The position numbers were made by a program, and so were the translations under genes. Under the pieces are notes generated by a model that was not told the origin of the DNA, did no database searches, and worked only from the letters and a program-made list of their open reading frames with translations. A stretch of 64,000 nucleotides of DNA, taken from Patescibacteria group bacterium. Its GTDB lineage: Bacteria; Patescibacteriota; Microgenomatia; UBA1400; PJMF01. Shown piece by piece: positions 30,164 through 39,193 of this stretch (position 1 is its first letter; every line of letters begins with the position of its first letter). Location of the stretch: contig JBPOHR010000006.1 in assembly GCA_052035325.1 (NCBI GenBank), positions 3,083 to 67,082 on the forward strand, written 5' to 3'.

Positions 30164-31216
30164 ATGCCTATCACCTTGACTAGTCCCCAAATGCTCGATG
30201 AATACCTTCTAGATCTTGGTCTAACGTGGGAACGGGCGCAACTTCCACCTCGAGAATGGCTGGAAAGTTTGACGTTTCCGCTTCGTCTACCAAAAGAATA
30301 TGCAGACTTGATCAACTGGACAAATCCGCTTGATCCCTTGCGGTTAATGGTTATTCCAGATCCTGCTGAAGCCCACATTGCGCAGTATGAGTTGAGTGAT
30401 CCTATTGGTGACACCGCGCGCGAAGCAGTCCCAGGACTTATCCATCGGTATCCTGATCGATGCTTGCTTTTGTTGACTTCACACTGTCTGGTCCATTGTC
30501 GTTTTTGCTTCCGCCGTGAAGTTGTTGGCAAAGTTAGACCAGTTGCCTTCAAACGGATAGCGCAGTACCTCCAAGCGCATACAGAAATCCACGAAGTGAT
30601 TTTTTCTGGTGGTGACCCAGCCACTTTTCCTGCAGGTTTTATTCAAACATTGGTCAATGAATTAGGTGATATTCAACACATTACTCGTTGGCGATTTCAT
30701 ACGCGTGTGCCAGCTGTAGAACCTACAGCTATTACTGACGAATGGTTGTCAACCATCAGCAAGTTGCCAGGCAAAAAAATTGTGGCAATTCATATTAATC
30801 ATCCGCGTGAAATTACCCCTGCGCTTAGCACTCTTATCAAAAAAATGCTTGGTTTAAACATCCTTTTATTATCACAAACAGTATTGCTCAAAGGTGTCAA
30901 TGACAACGCTGAAACGCTAAAAGAATTATTTGAAAACCTCGTCACCACGGGTGTGAAACCATACTATTTACACCATCTTGACCAAGCTCATGGTACTTCG
31001 CACTTTCGAATCTCGATTGAGGAGGGGAAAAAACTATATCGCCAACTACGCGGACATCTCTCTAGTGTGTGTCTACCGGAATATGTGCTCGATTTACCTC
31101 AAGGAAAAGACAAAGTACCCGTTATGTGGTTTGAAGAAACAGCACCAGGAATCTATCGAACAACGAGCTTTGAAGGAGAAGTTGTAGAGTATATAGATCA
31201 AACGTGCCAACCGTAG
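30164..31216 (+). CDS. epmB: KamA-family radical SAM lysine 2,3-aminomutase (EF-P beta-lysylation)
   Basis: HRYPDR, CLVHCRFCFRR, SGGDP, HINHPREI, QTVLLKGVND, PYYLHH. Short form, with efp/epmA nearby. Confidence 0.85.
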   Translation: MPITLTSPQMLDEYLLDLGLTWERAQLPPREWLESLTFPLRLPKEYADLINWTNPLDPLRLMVIPDPAEAHIAQYELSDPIGDTAREAVPGLIHRYPDRCLLLLTSHCLVHCRFCFRREVVGKVRPVAFKRIAQYLQAHTEIHEVIFSGGDPATFPAGFIQTLVNELGDIQHITRWRFHTRVPAVEPTAITDEWLSTISKLPGKKIVAIHINHPREITPALSTLIKKMLGLNILLLSQTVLLKGVNDNAETLKELFENLVTTGVKPYYLHHLDQAHGTSHFRISIEEGKKLYRQLRGHLSSVCLPEYVLDLPQGKDKVPVMWFEETAPGIYRTTSFEGEVVEYIDQTCQP

Positions 31217-31458
31217 GCAGTGGCTTGTGACCAGAAATAAAGGCCAAGATAAAGCAAGATCACCAGAATAAGGATTCCCATCAGCAGTTGGGAATTAGGG
31301 TGTTTGCGGTAGAACGCATCGCGCTCAGCACAGTAGGAATCCCATGCACTCATTTTTTTAGCACTTTTCGCAACTCGAGTTGGGGTGGTCTTTTTGGCAA
31401 CTACTTTTTTGGCAACAGCCTTGACAGCTGGTTTTTTGGGAAGACGACTTTTGGGCAT
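31198..31458 (-). CDS. Small Lys/Ala-rich protein with a C-terminal TM helix
   Basis: MPKSRLPKKPAVKAVAKKVVAKK...LLMGILILVILLYLGLYFW. Confidence 0.6.
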   Translation of the reverse strand: MPKSRLPKKPAVKAVAKKVVAKKTTPTRVAKSAKKMSAWDSYCAERDAFYRKHPNSQLLMGILILVILLYLGLYFWSQATAYGWHV

Positions 31459-31552
31459 AGGCAGGCTCTGGTCACGAAACCAATTGAATAATAAACGTGT
31501 ACAAAAAGAGTAGCAAAGAGTATTAACGCCGCGCAAGGGGTAGAATACACAC

Positions 31553-32296
31553 ATGCCCCAACGTCTACACGTCCTACTTGCTCATGCTGGAGTGGCCTCC
31601 CGCCGCCAGGCTGAAACCATGATTCGCGAAGGGCGGATTCGCGTTGATGGACAAATCGCCACCATTGGCCAACAGGTCGAGGGCACAGAACATATCACCA
31701 TCGATGACAAGGCATTTGCAGCTGCTCCTACCGAACACACTTATGTCATTATCAATAAACCAATCGGCTTAGTATCAACCACAAGCGATGAACTAGGCAG
31801 AAAAACAGTCCTGAGTGTGTTACCACCATCGCACCGTCAAAAAAGACTGTATCCAGTGGGTAGACTTGATACGGACAGCGAAGGGTTGTTGTTGCTTACT
31901 GATGACGGTGAAGTGGCATATCGGCTGACCCATGCCTCTTTCAAAGTAGCCAAAACGTACTGGACCCTGCTCGATCGACCTCCTTCTCAACCTGCACTAG
32001 AACATCTCCGCAGCGGCATCAAACTGTTTGAAGGTTGGGTAAAACCCGTCGAAGTTGCCGCCGTACCGATTGCCAGTGCGCCAAGCGAAGGTGTCTGGTG
32101 GAGTATGACAATCATCGAAGGTCGATACCATCAGGTCAAACGGATGTGGCAACGCTCCGGTTATGAAGTTAATCGTTTAATCCGTGTTGCCTTTGGCCCT
32201 CTTCGCCTCGATGATCTCGAAGGTAAATCTTGGCGGGAACTATCGGCAGATGAAGTGCGAACACTTCGCACCAGTGTAGGATTGACTACTGATTGA
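31553..32296 (+). CDS. rRNA pseudouridine synthase, RsuA/RluB family
   Basis: S4 domain (GVASRRQAE), NKPIG, GRLDTDSEGLLLLTDDG, EGRYHQVKRM. Confidence 0.95.
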   Translation: MPQRLHVLLAHAGVASRRQAETMIREGRIRVDGQIATIGQQVEGTEHITIDDKAFAAAPTEHTYVIINKPIGLVSTTSDELGRKTVLSVLPPSHRQKRLYPVGRLDTDSEGLLLLTDDGEVAYRLTHASFKVAKTYWTLLDRPPSQPALEHLRSGIKLFEGWVKPVEVAAVPIASAPSEGVWWSMTIIEGRYHQVKRMWQRSGYEVNRLIRVAFGPLRLDDLEGKSWRELSADEVRTLRTSVGLTTD

Positions 32297-33369
32297 TTCT
32301 GAGTTGGCCACCACACCGCTAGCAGCGTTGCCAACGGCACACTGAGCAGCACTCCAAAAGTCCCTAGCAACGTACGAATAATTTCTTCAGTCAACGACTG
32401 ATTACTCACCATCACCCACCAAGGAATCCGCGTACTCATGCCCAGTAATAGCAGTAAGGGTAAGTTTGCCCCTAAGTAGGCTAAAACTAACGTATTGACC
32501 AAAGATGCTAGATGATCTTGTCCCACCACCATAGATTGGCGGAACAATTTCAATCGCGATAGGCTAGCTCCGGTCAAGCGAAGTTGCTGCACCACCGAGA
32601 CTTGCGCCACGATCACATCATCCAAAATACCCAGTGTCCCCAGCATCACCCCGCCTAGGAACAAACCACGTAAATCCACACCCGCAAATGGTAAAAATTG
32701 CAAAACAAATGCTTCATCGCTGCCCAAACCTGTCAACCGCGCCATGCTCGTTACCACCACTGATAGCCCAATTACAACCAACATCGTTACCGCTAATGAC
32801 ACAACTGTTTGATGCGACATCTTTTGCCAACCGTGCGTCAAGTACGTGGTGACTGTACCGATGATAATAGCGGATGCCACTGCCACACCCACCGCTGCAT
32901 ATCCGGCAAGCAAAGCTGGCAGGGTGAAACCTAGTAAAACAGCAAAGGTCAGTACCATCCCCACCCCCGCATACCAGCCACGAATTCCGGCGATGGCAAT
33001 GAGTGTCACTATCAATAAAATAGCCAGCACACTCAAGAGGGGTAATTGATACAAGCTGATGACATTTGGCGAACCATCTTGATTCGTGGTACGAATCACT
33101 TGTTCATTTTTTTGGAGTAACTGAGATGCCATCAGCGGTTGAAACTCACTACCGATTTGTGCCGGAATCGCACTGTTGCTCAGAATTGCGGTCTGCACAT
33201 ACCCAGGCTGACCATTCGGCAGTTCACCAATCTGTTGAGTGGTAATTTCCTCTATAGTCGCCACTGCGAACTCTTCGCTCGCGCCGGATACACCTTGAAC
33301 ACAAACCAGAACAGACACCATGACAACAAAAACAGAGACGACAAAACGAATCGATCGAACAGACTTCAT
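32161..33369 (-). CDS. YibE/F-family membrane protein (paralog 1)
   Basis: Signal peptide plus multiple TMs, LGILDDVIVAQ, VGQDHLASLVNTLVLAYLGANLP, EEIIRT. Start follows TACGAT-N6. Confidence 0.88.
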   Translation of the reverse strand: MKSVRSIRFVVSVFVVMVSVLVCVQGVSGASEEFAVATIEEITTQQIGELPNGQPGYVQTAILSNSAIPAQIGSEFQPLMASQLLQKNEQVIRTTNQDGSPNVISLYQLPLLSVLAILLIVTLIAIAGIRGWYAGVGMVLTFAVLLGFTLPALLAGYAAVGVAVASAIIIGTVTTYLTHGWQKMSHQTVVSLAVTMLVVIGLSVVVTSMARLTGLGSDEAFVLQFLPFAGVDLRGLFLGGVMLGTLGILDDVIVAQVSVVQQLRLTGASLSRLKLFRQSMVVGQDHLASLVNTLVLAYLGANLPLLLLLGMSTRIPWWVMVSNQSLTEEIIRTLLGTFGVLLSVPLATLLAVWWPTQNQSVVNPTLVRSVRTSSADSSRQDLPSRSSRRRGPKATRIKRLTS

Positions 33370-33406
33370 ACCCCTATCGTAAATCATCGTAACAAGATAG
33401 TGTATC

Positions 33407-33461
33407 GCAACTTAGTTGCATATTAGCGACACATGCGTTATAGTATGCGCAACTTAGTTGC
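33407..33461. promoter_or_regulatory. sigma70 promoter flanked by two identical palindromic operators GCAACTTAGTTGC (putative Fur/Zur boxes)
   Basis: Operators at 33407-33419 and 33449-33461. TTGCAT(33416-21)-N17-TATAGT(33439-44). Confidence 0.75.
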
Positions 33462-33479
33462 TTATTAATAGAAAGAGCT

Positions 33480-34379
33480 ATGCCAGGTCCAGAAACTACC
33501 ATTTACTCAAAACTAGCAGGATCACACATAGAAGATCAAGTAAACAGACATTTGAACCGATTGGTAGATGTCCGCCAACTTCCCGCTGATGCATTACCGC
33601 GCGTCGTTGTACAAGCAGTTAATGGGGGCAAAGCATTCCGTACTGGTATTGCCTACACAGTTAATGGCGAGACACATCTAAAACTGTTTGGTGCAGCCGT
33701 TAGAGGAACACTCAGCGGTAATTCTGATGCAGACTACGCCTTTTTTGAATCAATTGCACGCCAACAAGTGCCTTCTGTTCTTGCCCACTTAGAGTTCAGC
33801 GAAGGCTCACTTTTTCCTGGTCATAACCCAAATGTAGCTGCTAATCACCGCATCGCAGCTGTTGCGACAGTGGGCCTACTAGCAAAAGCGCAGCTTGCGT
33901 CAAACATAGATAGACCAGATTTGCACGTCGCGGCAGTCAAACGTTTAGCAAGCCTAGGTGAAACGCCACAAGCAGTGCTCCACCGACCTCACCATACGAC
34001 AGCGGCACATTGGCAAGCATCGGTTAGTACACAGTTTGAACAGACAGGCGGCATCGCCGTTGATGACGTTATACTTTCCAGAACGAATCAACCTTTTCTG
34101 GCGTTACTTGATACGACACTAGCCCCTTCAATGCCCCGTTCCGGCGATACAACTCACGTGATAACACCAGATCGCAGTGCAGAAAACCCGGCATTAGTGC
34201 TGGCGGTTGATGCCATGGCCGATGTTACTACTCAACTGGGAGTTCGTGTTACACCTCGGGAGTTGGTTCAAAAATCAGCTGAAATCTTGGACACTGGCAG
34301 CGCCAGTCTCGCAAATAGCGTGGACGTGCGCGAACTAGGCGGTGCAGTGACTGGACAAGCAACAAAGAAACTCTACTAG
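33480..34379 (+). CDS. Hypothetical protein
   Basis: 299-aa ORF, SD-like AGAAAGAG, first gene after the operator pair. No family recognised. Confidence 0.7.
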   Translation: MPGPETTIYSKLAGSHIEDQVNRHLNRLVDVRQLPADALPRVVVQAVNGGKAFRTGIAYTVNGETHLKLFGAAVRGTLSGNSDADYAFFESIARQQVPSVLAHLEFSEGSLFPGHNPNVAANHRIAAVATVGLLAKAQLASNIDRPDLHVAAVKRLASLGETPQAVLHRPHHTTAAHWQASVSTQFEQTGGIAVDDVILSRTNQPFLALLDTTLAPSMPRSGDTTHVITPDRSAENPALVLAVDAMADVTTQLGVRVTPRELVQKSAEILDTGSASLANSVDVRELGGAVTGQATKKLY

Positions 34380-34391
34380 TCACTTGTCGTT

Positions 34392-35054
34392 ATGCCAAAT
34401 CATGAACAGTTCGTACCGATTGAAGCGCTAGAAGATGTAGCAGATTTTGACCAAGTGCTGACAGGGGTAGGAATAGATGTAGTAGAGCCTGATGAAACAG
34501 GCCCGACTAACCTCGATATCTTTGCAGCGTATGCAGGGGTGGCGAATACCAGCTCTTCTATAACTGCTGAGCCTAGTGATTTACACGCCGAAACAGCGAT
34601 GCAGCTCCGTGCAGACGCCATCCCCGTATTTGACTCAGTTGAAGCATTCGATCAAGACATCAGAACACTCCGAGAAAAACATCGATTGACATTCAGGGCA
34701 CTAGATACACTTGCTGGTTTTGGTGGTTTACTCCATGGTCTGATCCACCCCTTCGAACATCTGTTTACTGGCGCGCATCTGGCGGTACCAGGCGTTGCGG
34801 GTAGTCATGATGATGAACACAACCAACATACGACAGCCAGTGCGCTTCGTAAGAGACATGCACTACAACACACTGCACCGAAGCACTCTGGAGCTAGGCA
34901 GCGTGCTGCAGTAAAACCACATGCTTCGCGCCGAGGTTCACAAGGATCGGGCTTATTTGGCCCAATCAACTCCAAGGGTATACAATACTTATTCGAGCCA
35001 CAGTTTGCTTCTGTGTCATTTGGTCAATTCCTCGCAGACTCTGTCGCAGCTTGA
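34392..35054 (+). CDS. Hypothetical protein with acidic N-terminus and His-rich segment
   Basis: LHGLIHPFEHLFTGAH...SHDDEHNQH...RHALQH. Confidence 0.65.
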   Translation: MPNHEQFVPIEALEDVADFDQVLTGVGIDVVEPDETGPTNLDIFAAYAGVANTSSSITAEPSDLHAETAMQLRADAIPVFDSVEAFDQDIRTLREKHRLTFRALDTLAGFGGLLHGLIHPFEHLFTGAHLAVPGVAGSHDDEHNQHTTASALRKRHALQHTAPKHSGARQRAAVKPHASRRGSQGSGLFGPINSKGIQYLFEPQFASVSFGQFLADSVAA

Positions 35055-35073
35055 TCCATCGCTCGAACACACC

Positions 35074-35442
35074 ATGCCACCAATTCCGGAAATCGGACCC
35101 GCTATTATCGAATTACTCCATACTGAACACTTGCTATCAGCGTCAGCAATCGTCGAAAAACTCCAAGTTAGTCGGCCTCATCTCAACAAAACTTCTGTGT
35201 ATCGTGCACTAGAAAAACTAATGAGCGATGGCCAACTGTGCCGACATAACTTGCTGGATAACGAATTAGTTTACGAACTTCGTGGTCACCACCATGATCA
35301 CTTTGTCTGTACTACCTGTGGCAAAATTATGCCAACAGAGTGCCAAGTTCACATTGAGCCTACAAGTGCCGCACGATTCCAGGTAGTACATCATCACCTC
35401 ACCTTGTTCGGCTTGTGTGCGGATTGCCAAAAAGCAGCCTAG
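35074..35442 (+). CDS. Fur-family transcriptional regulator (Zur-like)
   Basis: TSVYRALEKL, HHHDHFVCTTCGK, C-terminal GLCADC. Confidence 0.92.
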   Translation: MPPIPEIGPAIIELLHTEHLLSASAIVEKLQVSRPHLNKTSVYRALEKLMSDGQLCRHNLLDNELVYELRGHHHDHFVCTTCGKIMPTECQVHIEPTSAARFQVVHHHLTLFGLCADCQKAA

Positions 35443-35458
35443 GCTGCATGCTAGTTAT

Positions 35459-36610
35459 ATGTTGAAGCGAGTAGTTATCTACCTTACCGCAAGCATACTC
35501 ATGCTCATTGTTGGTGTTCGCACCACAGCACAGGTCTACGCTCAAGAAACGGCATTGCCGCCAGCACCAACTTTCTCCCTTGGCACAGTTGAGAACATCA
35601 CCAGTGAAACCACCACCCACGCCGGTGGTTATCCTCAGACAACTCAAGAACTTGAGATAACGTTATCAGACACTACCAATACTCCAGCCAGCTATCAGCT
35701 ACCACTCGGGGCAGGGGAGGACCGGCTACTGCGGGTGGGCCAACGAGTGATACTGACACAGGTAACACAAGCCGATGGTACTTCACTGTACGAGGTAAAT
35801 GATTTGTACCGATTACCGGCAACAATTGCCATGATTGTGGTATTTTTTGCAGTGATTTTGGTGTTGAGTCGCGGCCACGGTGTGGCCGCGCTCGGTGGCT
35901 TAGCCTTCAGTATCTGGCTACTCATCATGTTCGTCGTGCCGCAACTTGCCCACGGCGCCACTCCAATTGTAATAAGTGCCATTGCTACCTTTCTGATTGC
36001 TATTTCTTCGTTACTTGTGGCACACGGTTTCACTGCCCGCAGTGTGGTATCACTGATTAGTACGTTAATTACTCTCGTGTTTGCCATGCTGACAGCCCTC
36101 ATTTTCGTCCAATTAACTCAGCTCTTCGGTCTAGGCTCTGATGAAGGCATCGAGCTGCAATACGGGGCACTGGCCGCTATCAACCTCCGTGGTCTACTGT
36201 TAGCCGGAATGCTCATTGGTGCGCTCGGAGTGCTCGACGATATCACCACTGCCCAAACCGCTGCCATTGAAGAACTTCATCGGGCCAATCCCGCCCTCAC
36301 CGTTCGCGAACTGTATGCACGCGGCATGTCGATTGGCCGAGAACATATCACTTCACTCGTCAACACCCTCGCCCTTGCCTATGCCGGTGCCTCGCTTCCG
36401 ATGCTGCTGGTGTTCCAACTCTACCAACAACCACTCTGGGTGACACTCAACAGTGAGTTTGTCGTCGAAGAAGTCGTCCGTACCATCGTGGGTAGTATGG
36501 CGTTAGCAGTCGCTGTCCCGATTACCACTTGGTTGGCAGCCAAGTGGTTTGTGCAGTGGTTTCCTGATTCGCTCCCAGCTAATCCCCAGAAGCATTATCA
36601 TTCACATTAG
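35459..36610 (+). CDS. YibE/F-family membrane protein (paralog 2)
   Basis: LGVLDDITTAQ, IGREHITSLVNTLALAYAGASLP, EEVVRTIVGS, C-terminal HYHSH. Confidence 0.9.
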   Translation: MLKRVVIYLTASILMLIVGVRTTAQVYAQETALPPAPTFSLGTVENITSETTTHAGGYPQTTQELEITLSDTTNTPASYQLPLGAGEDRLLRVGQRVILTQVTQADGTSLYEVNDLYRLPATIAMIVVFFAVILVLSRGHGVAALGGLAFSIWLLIMFVVPQLAHGATPIVISAIATFLIAISSLLVAHGFTARSVVSLISTLITLVFAMLTALIFVQLTQLFGLGSDEGIELQYGALAAINLRGLLLAGMLIGALGVLDDITTAQTAAIEELHRANPALTVRELYARGMSIGREHITSLVNTLALAYAGASLPMLLVFQLYQQPLWVTLNSEFVVEEVVRTIVGSMALAVAVPITTWLAAKWFVQWFPDSLPANPQKHYHSH

Positions 36611-36635
36611 TTCCCGATACATTTTTTTTCTCCAA

Positions 36636-36704
36636 TTAGCAGTGCTTGACATTGAGTGCTAAGTATTGTTAAGATAATTAGCAATGAACCGTTGCGAGTG
36701 CTAA
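36636..36704 (+). promoter_or_regulatory. Two tandem CIRCE (HrcA operator) elements overlapping the hsp20 promoter
   Basis: TTAGCAGTG-N9-GAGTGCTAA (36636-62; TTGACA -35 inside the spacer) and TTAGCAATG-N9-GAGTGCTAA (36678-704), versus consensus TTAGCACTC-N9-GAGTGCTAA. -10 TAAGAT at 36670-75. Confidence 0.9.
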
Positions 36705-36732
36705 CAGACCGCACTCAGACAGAAAGGAACCT

Positions 36733-37149
36733 ATGTCATTAGTCAGATGGAGTCCGATGCTCAGCTCACTCAATCGCTGGCCAAGTATCTGGGACGATGA
36801 AGATCTCGGCAGTATACTTTCGAGTGCGTCAAATAATCTCGACGTCTATGAGACCGACAACGAAGTTGTCGTCAAAGCCAACGTAGCCGGCGTCAGCGCC
36901 GACAAAATTGATGTGATGTTTGAAAAGGGTGTACTGACCATTACCGCCAATGCCACCGACGAGAGTAGTGATGAAAAAAAGAAACACTACAGCAAGTCGT
37001 CTTGGCAGTATTCATACCGCGTAGCCGTCCCCGGCATGCTCGATCACACTGTCGAACCTTCAGCAGAAGTTAAGGATGGCGTGATAACGTTGACCTTCAA
37101 GAAGGCTGAAGCATCAAAACCCAAAAAATTATCCGTGAAATCAGCTTAA
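36733..37149 (+). CDS. Hsp20/alpha-crystallin small heat-shock protein
   Basis: DVYETDNEVVVKANVAGV, GVLTI, AEVKDGVITLTFKK. SD AGAAAGGA. Confidence 0.93.
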   Translation: MSLVRWSPMLSSLNRWPSIWDDEDLGSILSSASNNLDVYETDNEVVVKANVAGVSADKIDVMFEKGVLTITANATDESSDEKKKHYSKSSWQYSYRVAVPGMLDHTVEPSAEVKDGVITLTFKKAEASKPKKLSVKSA

Positions 37150-37169
37150 TCTAGCTGGACAGACCACTA

Positions 37170-37207
37170 GCCCCGCTTTCTGATATTACTTTAGAGGCGG
37201 GGTTTTT
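37170..37207 (+). terminator. Intrinsic terminator after hsp20
   Basis: GCCCCGCTTTCT...AGAGGCGGGGT followed by TTTT. Confidence 0.75.
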
Positions 37208-37218
37208 GGTTTGGAGTA

Positions 37219-37767
37219 TTACAAGCCTGCCATACCCTCAATATTCCAGTATTCAATTGCTCGTGCCAGATCTTTAACTCTGATATAGTTTCCCTTTAAA
37301 ACATCTATTTGCCTGGTTCGCTGCGCCTGCTGTTTAATTACTTTAACTGTCCTAGCTTCAACTCCCTTGACATCACTTCCATATGTAGCGAAGTAGTATA
37401 TGACTGCCTGGCACACAATTTGAGTTAGATCAGGATTATCTTCTAGTAACTCAACAAGTCGTACTATACTGACCGTATACAGGGTAAAATCTCTAGCCCA
37501 CTCCTGAGCAACCCGAGACTCACGCATCAGATTTTTCAAATCTAGCACGGGTACAACTGGCACTACAGCTTCGCTTTCTTCTACATCGTCCAATTCACCA
37601 TCAGCCTCATTTACAATTACACTTTGCAAATCAGAGAAATAACTTGCATTGTCATATAGGTACCTGAGAAAGGAAAGACACAATGAAATATTGTATTCAG
37701 TATATCCACTTCTAGTGAGTTGGGTTTCAGCGTAGCTTAGAAAAGTGTCTTTATTCGTATTTGCCAT
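37219..37767 (-). CDS. Hypothetical protein
   Basis: 182-aa ORF with no motif recognised. Confidence 0.6.
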   Translation of the reverse strand: MANTNKDTFLSYAETQLTRSGYTEYNISLCLSFLRYLYDNASYFSDLQSVIVNEADGELDDVEESEAVVPVVPVLDLKNLMRESRVAQEWARDFTLYTVSIVRLVELLEDNPDLTQIVCQAVIYYFATYGSDVKGVEARTVKVIKQQAQRTRQIDVLKGNYIRVKDLARAIEYWNIEGMAGL

Positions 37768-37860
37768 TTTGCTATAGGTACGTTAACAAATAAAATGTAC
37801 TTTGATGGTAATAAATGGGTAAGAGAATATATGTCACACAGTTTACGTAAAGTTAACCAG

Positions 37861-38217
37861 TCATTCACTTTTTCGCCTTTTTTCAACCACCCTCATTTTC
37901 ACGATTTTGGTAATCAACTGTTCGGGCAACTCTTCATCAAGGGGAAACTGTGCAGCACCTTTTGAGGTAGCATACTTCGATAGTTCTTTTGCAAACTGGG
38001 TTATCCCAGATGGAGTAGGGTAGAAGCCGATATGGTGTTTGTAGGCAGCAAAGTGGACCAAGTTGCCGTTGAGAAAAAAGGTAGGCATTCCGTAGGCAAT
38101 TTTTTCGGTGGCTTCCGGCGCAGCGGCTTGAATGAGACTTCGTAAACGCTGTAGTTTGACTTGTACTTCGGGGGGGAAAGTGGTGATGTAGGCGTCGATG
38201 GAAGTGGGGGGTTGCAT
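37861..38217 (-). CDS. DUF1801/YdhG-like protein
   Basis: SIDAYI...LRSLIQAAAPEATEKIAYGMPTF...HIGFYP...SKGAAQFP. Start follows TATACT-N6. Confidence 0.9.
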   Translation of the reverse strand: MQPPTSIDAYITTFPPEVQVKLQRLRSLIQAAAPEATEKIAYGMPTFFLNGNLVHFAAYKHHIGFYPTPSGITQFAKELSKYATSKGAAQFPLDEELPEQLITKIVKMRVVEKRRKSE

Positions 38218-38251
38218 AAGTAAAGTATACAAGAAGTGTATAGTAAATAGC

Positions 38252-38620
38252 ATGCAAAAATACAAGTCGATTTTGATTGCCACACTCGGGTGGGGCAGCG
38301 TGCTCTGGCTGGTTGGATATCTTTTGGGCATGATTCTGTTTTTTGTCATTCCTACTGAATTGATTGGCTGGATAATCACGCCTGTGGGAATTGCGTTGAC
38401 GATGTGGGTATTGATTAGAAAAATCCATCAGCAACATTTTTACGAATATCTAGTGATTGGTATAGTCTGGGCCGCCCTGGCAGTTATGTTAGATTATGTA
38501 TTTCTAGTTAAAATGCTGAACAATGCTACGTACTACAAGTTGGATGTGTATTTCTACTATGCTACAACACTGTTGCTGCCCTTGTTGATTGGTAGATGGA
38601 AGTTACGAAAAAGGGAGTAG
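38252..38620 (+). CDS. Small 4-TM membrane protein
   Basis: Hydrophobic ORF. Start follows TATAGT-N7. Confidence 0.7.
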   Translation: MQKYKSILIATLGWGSVLWLVGYLLGMILFFVIPTELIGWIITPVGIALTMWVLIRKIHQQHFYEYLVIGIVWAALAVMLDYVFLVKMLNNATYYKLDVYFYYATTLLLPLLIGRWKLRKRE

Positions 38621-38626
38621 TCTAAC

Positions 38627-39127
38627 TTAATTTTTTAGTTTGAAATGCTTGCGGATTAGGTCATTCGCCCAGACGTAATGACTATACAGTGCTGACCGAA
38701 AATAGACAGCCATGTTACTTGAACCTGTCCAGATATATTTTTTCTTAGTAAACAACTCCTCTTCACTATGACTAGCAATTATGTTGAGAAATGCAACATG
38801 GGACTTTTCCAGTTTTTCGGCTAGCTCTGCCCAGCTGATATCTTTGTATTGTTGAAACAACTTTTCGTTCAATTGTGGCGTGTCCTTGAATGTAAAGCCT
38901 TCAGCAGGAATCGCTGGTTTAGTACCAGTTATGCCCACCTTATACCACTCCAGCTCTAGAACCTGCCAAGCGTACACATGCGCGACAATATCTTTGGCAG
39001 TGCGATTATCAAAAACAGTCTCGATATCACGCTGCTCAGGTGATAATGCAGATATAAAGCGTACGAGACGTTCATACTCGTCTTGCGAGAAGTCTAGGAG
39101 TTGTTGTTTATTAAGTGGGCGGGACAT
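38627..39127 (-). CDS. ClbS/DfsB family (DUF1706, DinB-like) four-helix bundle protein
   Basis: MSRPLNKQQLL, RTAKDIVAHVYAW, PAEGF, ELFTKKKYIWTGS, SHYVWA. Confidence 0.85.
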   Translation of the reverse strand: MSRPLNKQQLLDFSQDEYERLVRFISALSPEQRDIETVFDNRTAKDIVAHVYAWQVLELEWYKVGITGTKPAIPAEGFTFKDTPQLNEKLFQQYKDISWAELAEKLEKSHVAFLNIIASHSEEELFTKKKYIWTGSSNMAVYFRSALYSHYVWANDLIRKHFKLKN

Positions 39128-39193
39128 GAGAAATTTATGTGATGTTAGCAAACGGTAATTGACTGTGAGCTATTTGGCCAAGAGGAAGAAGGC

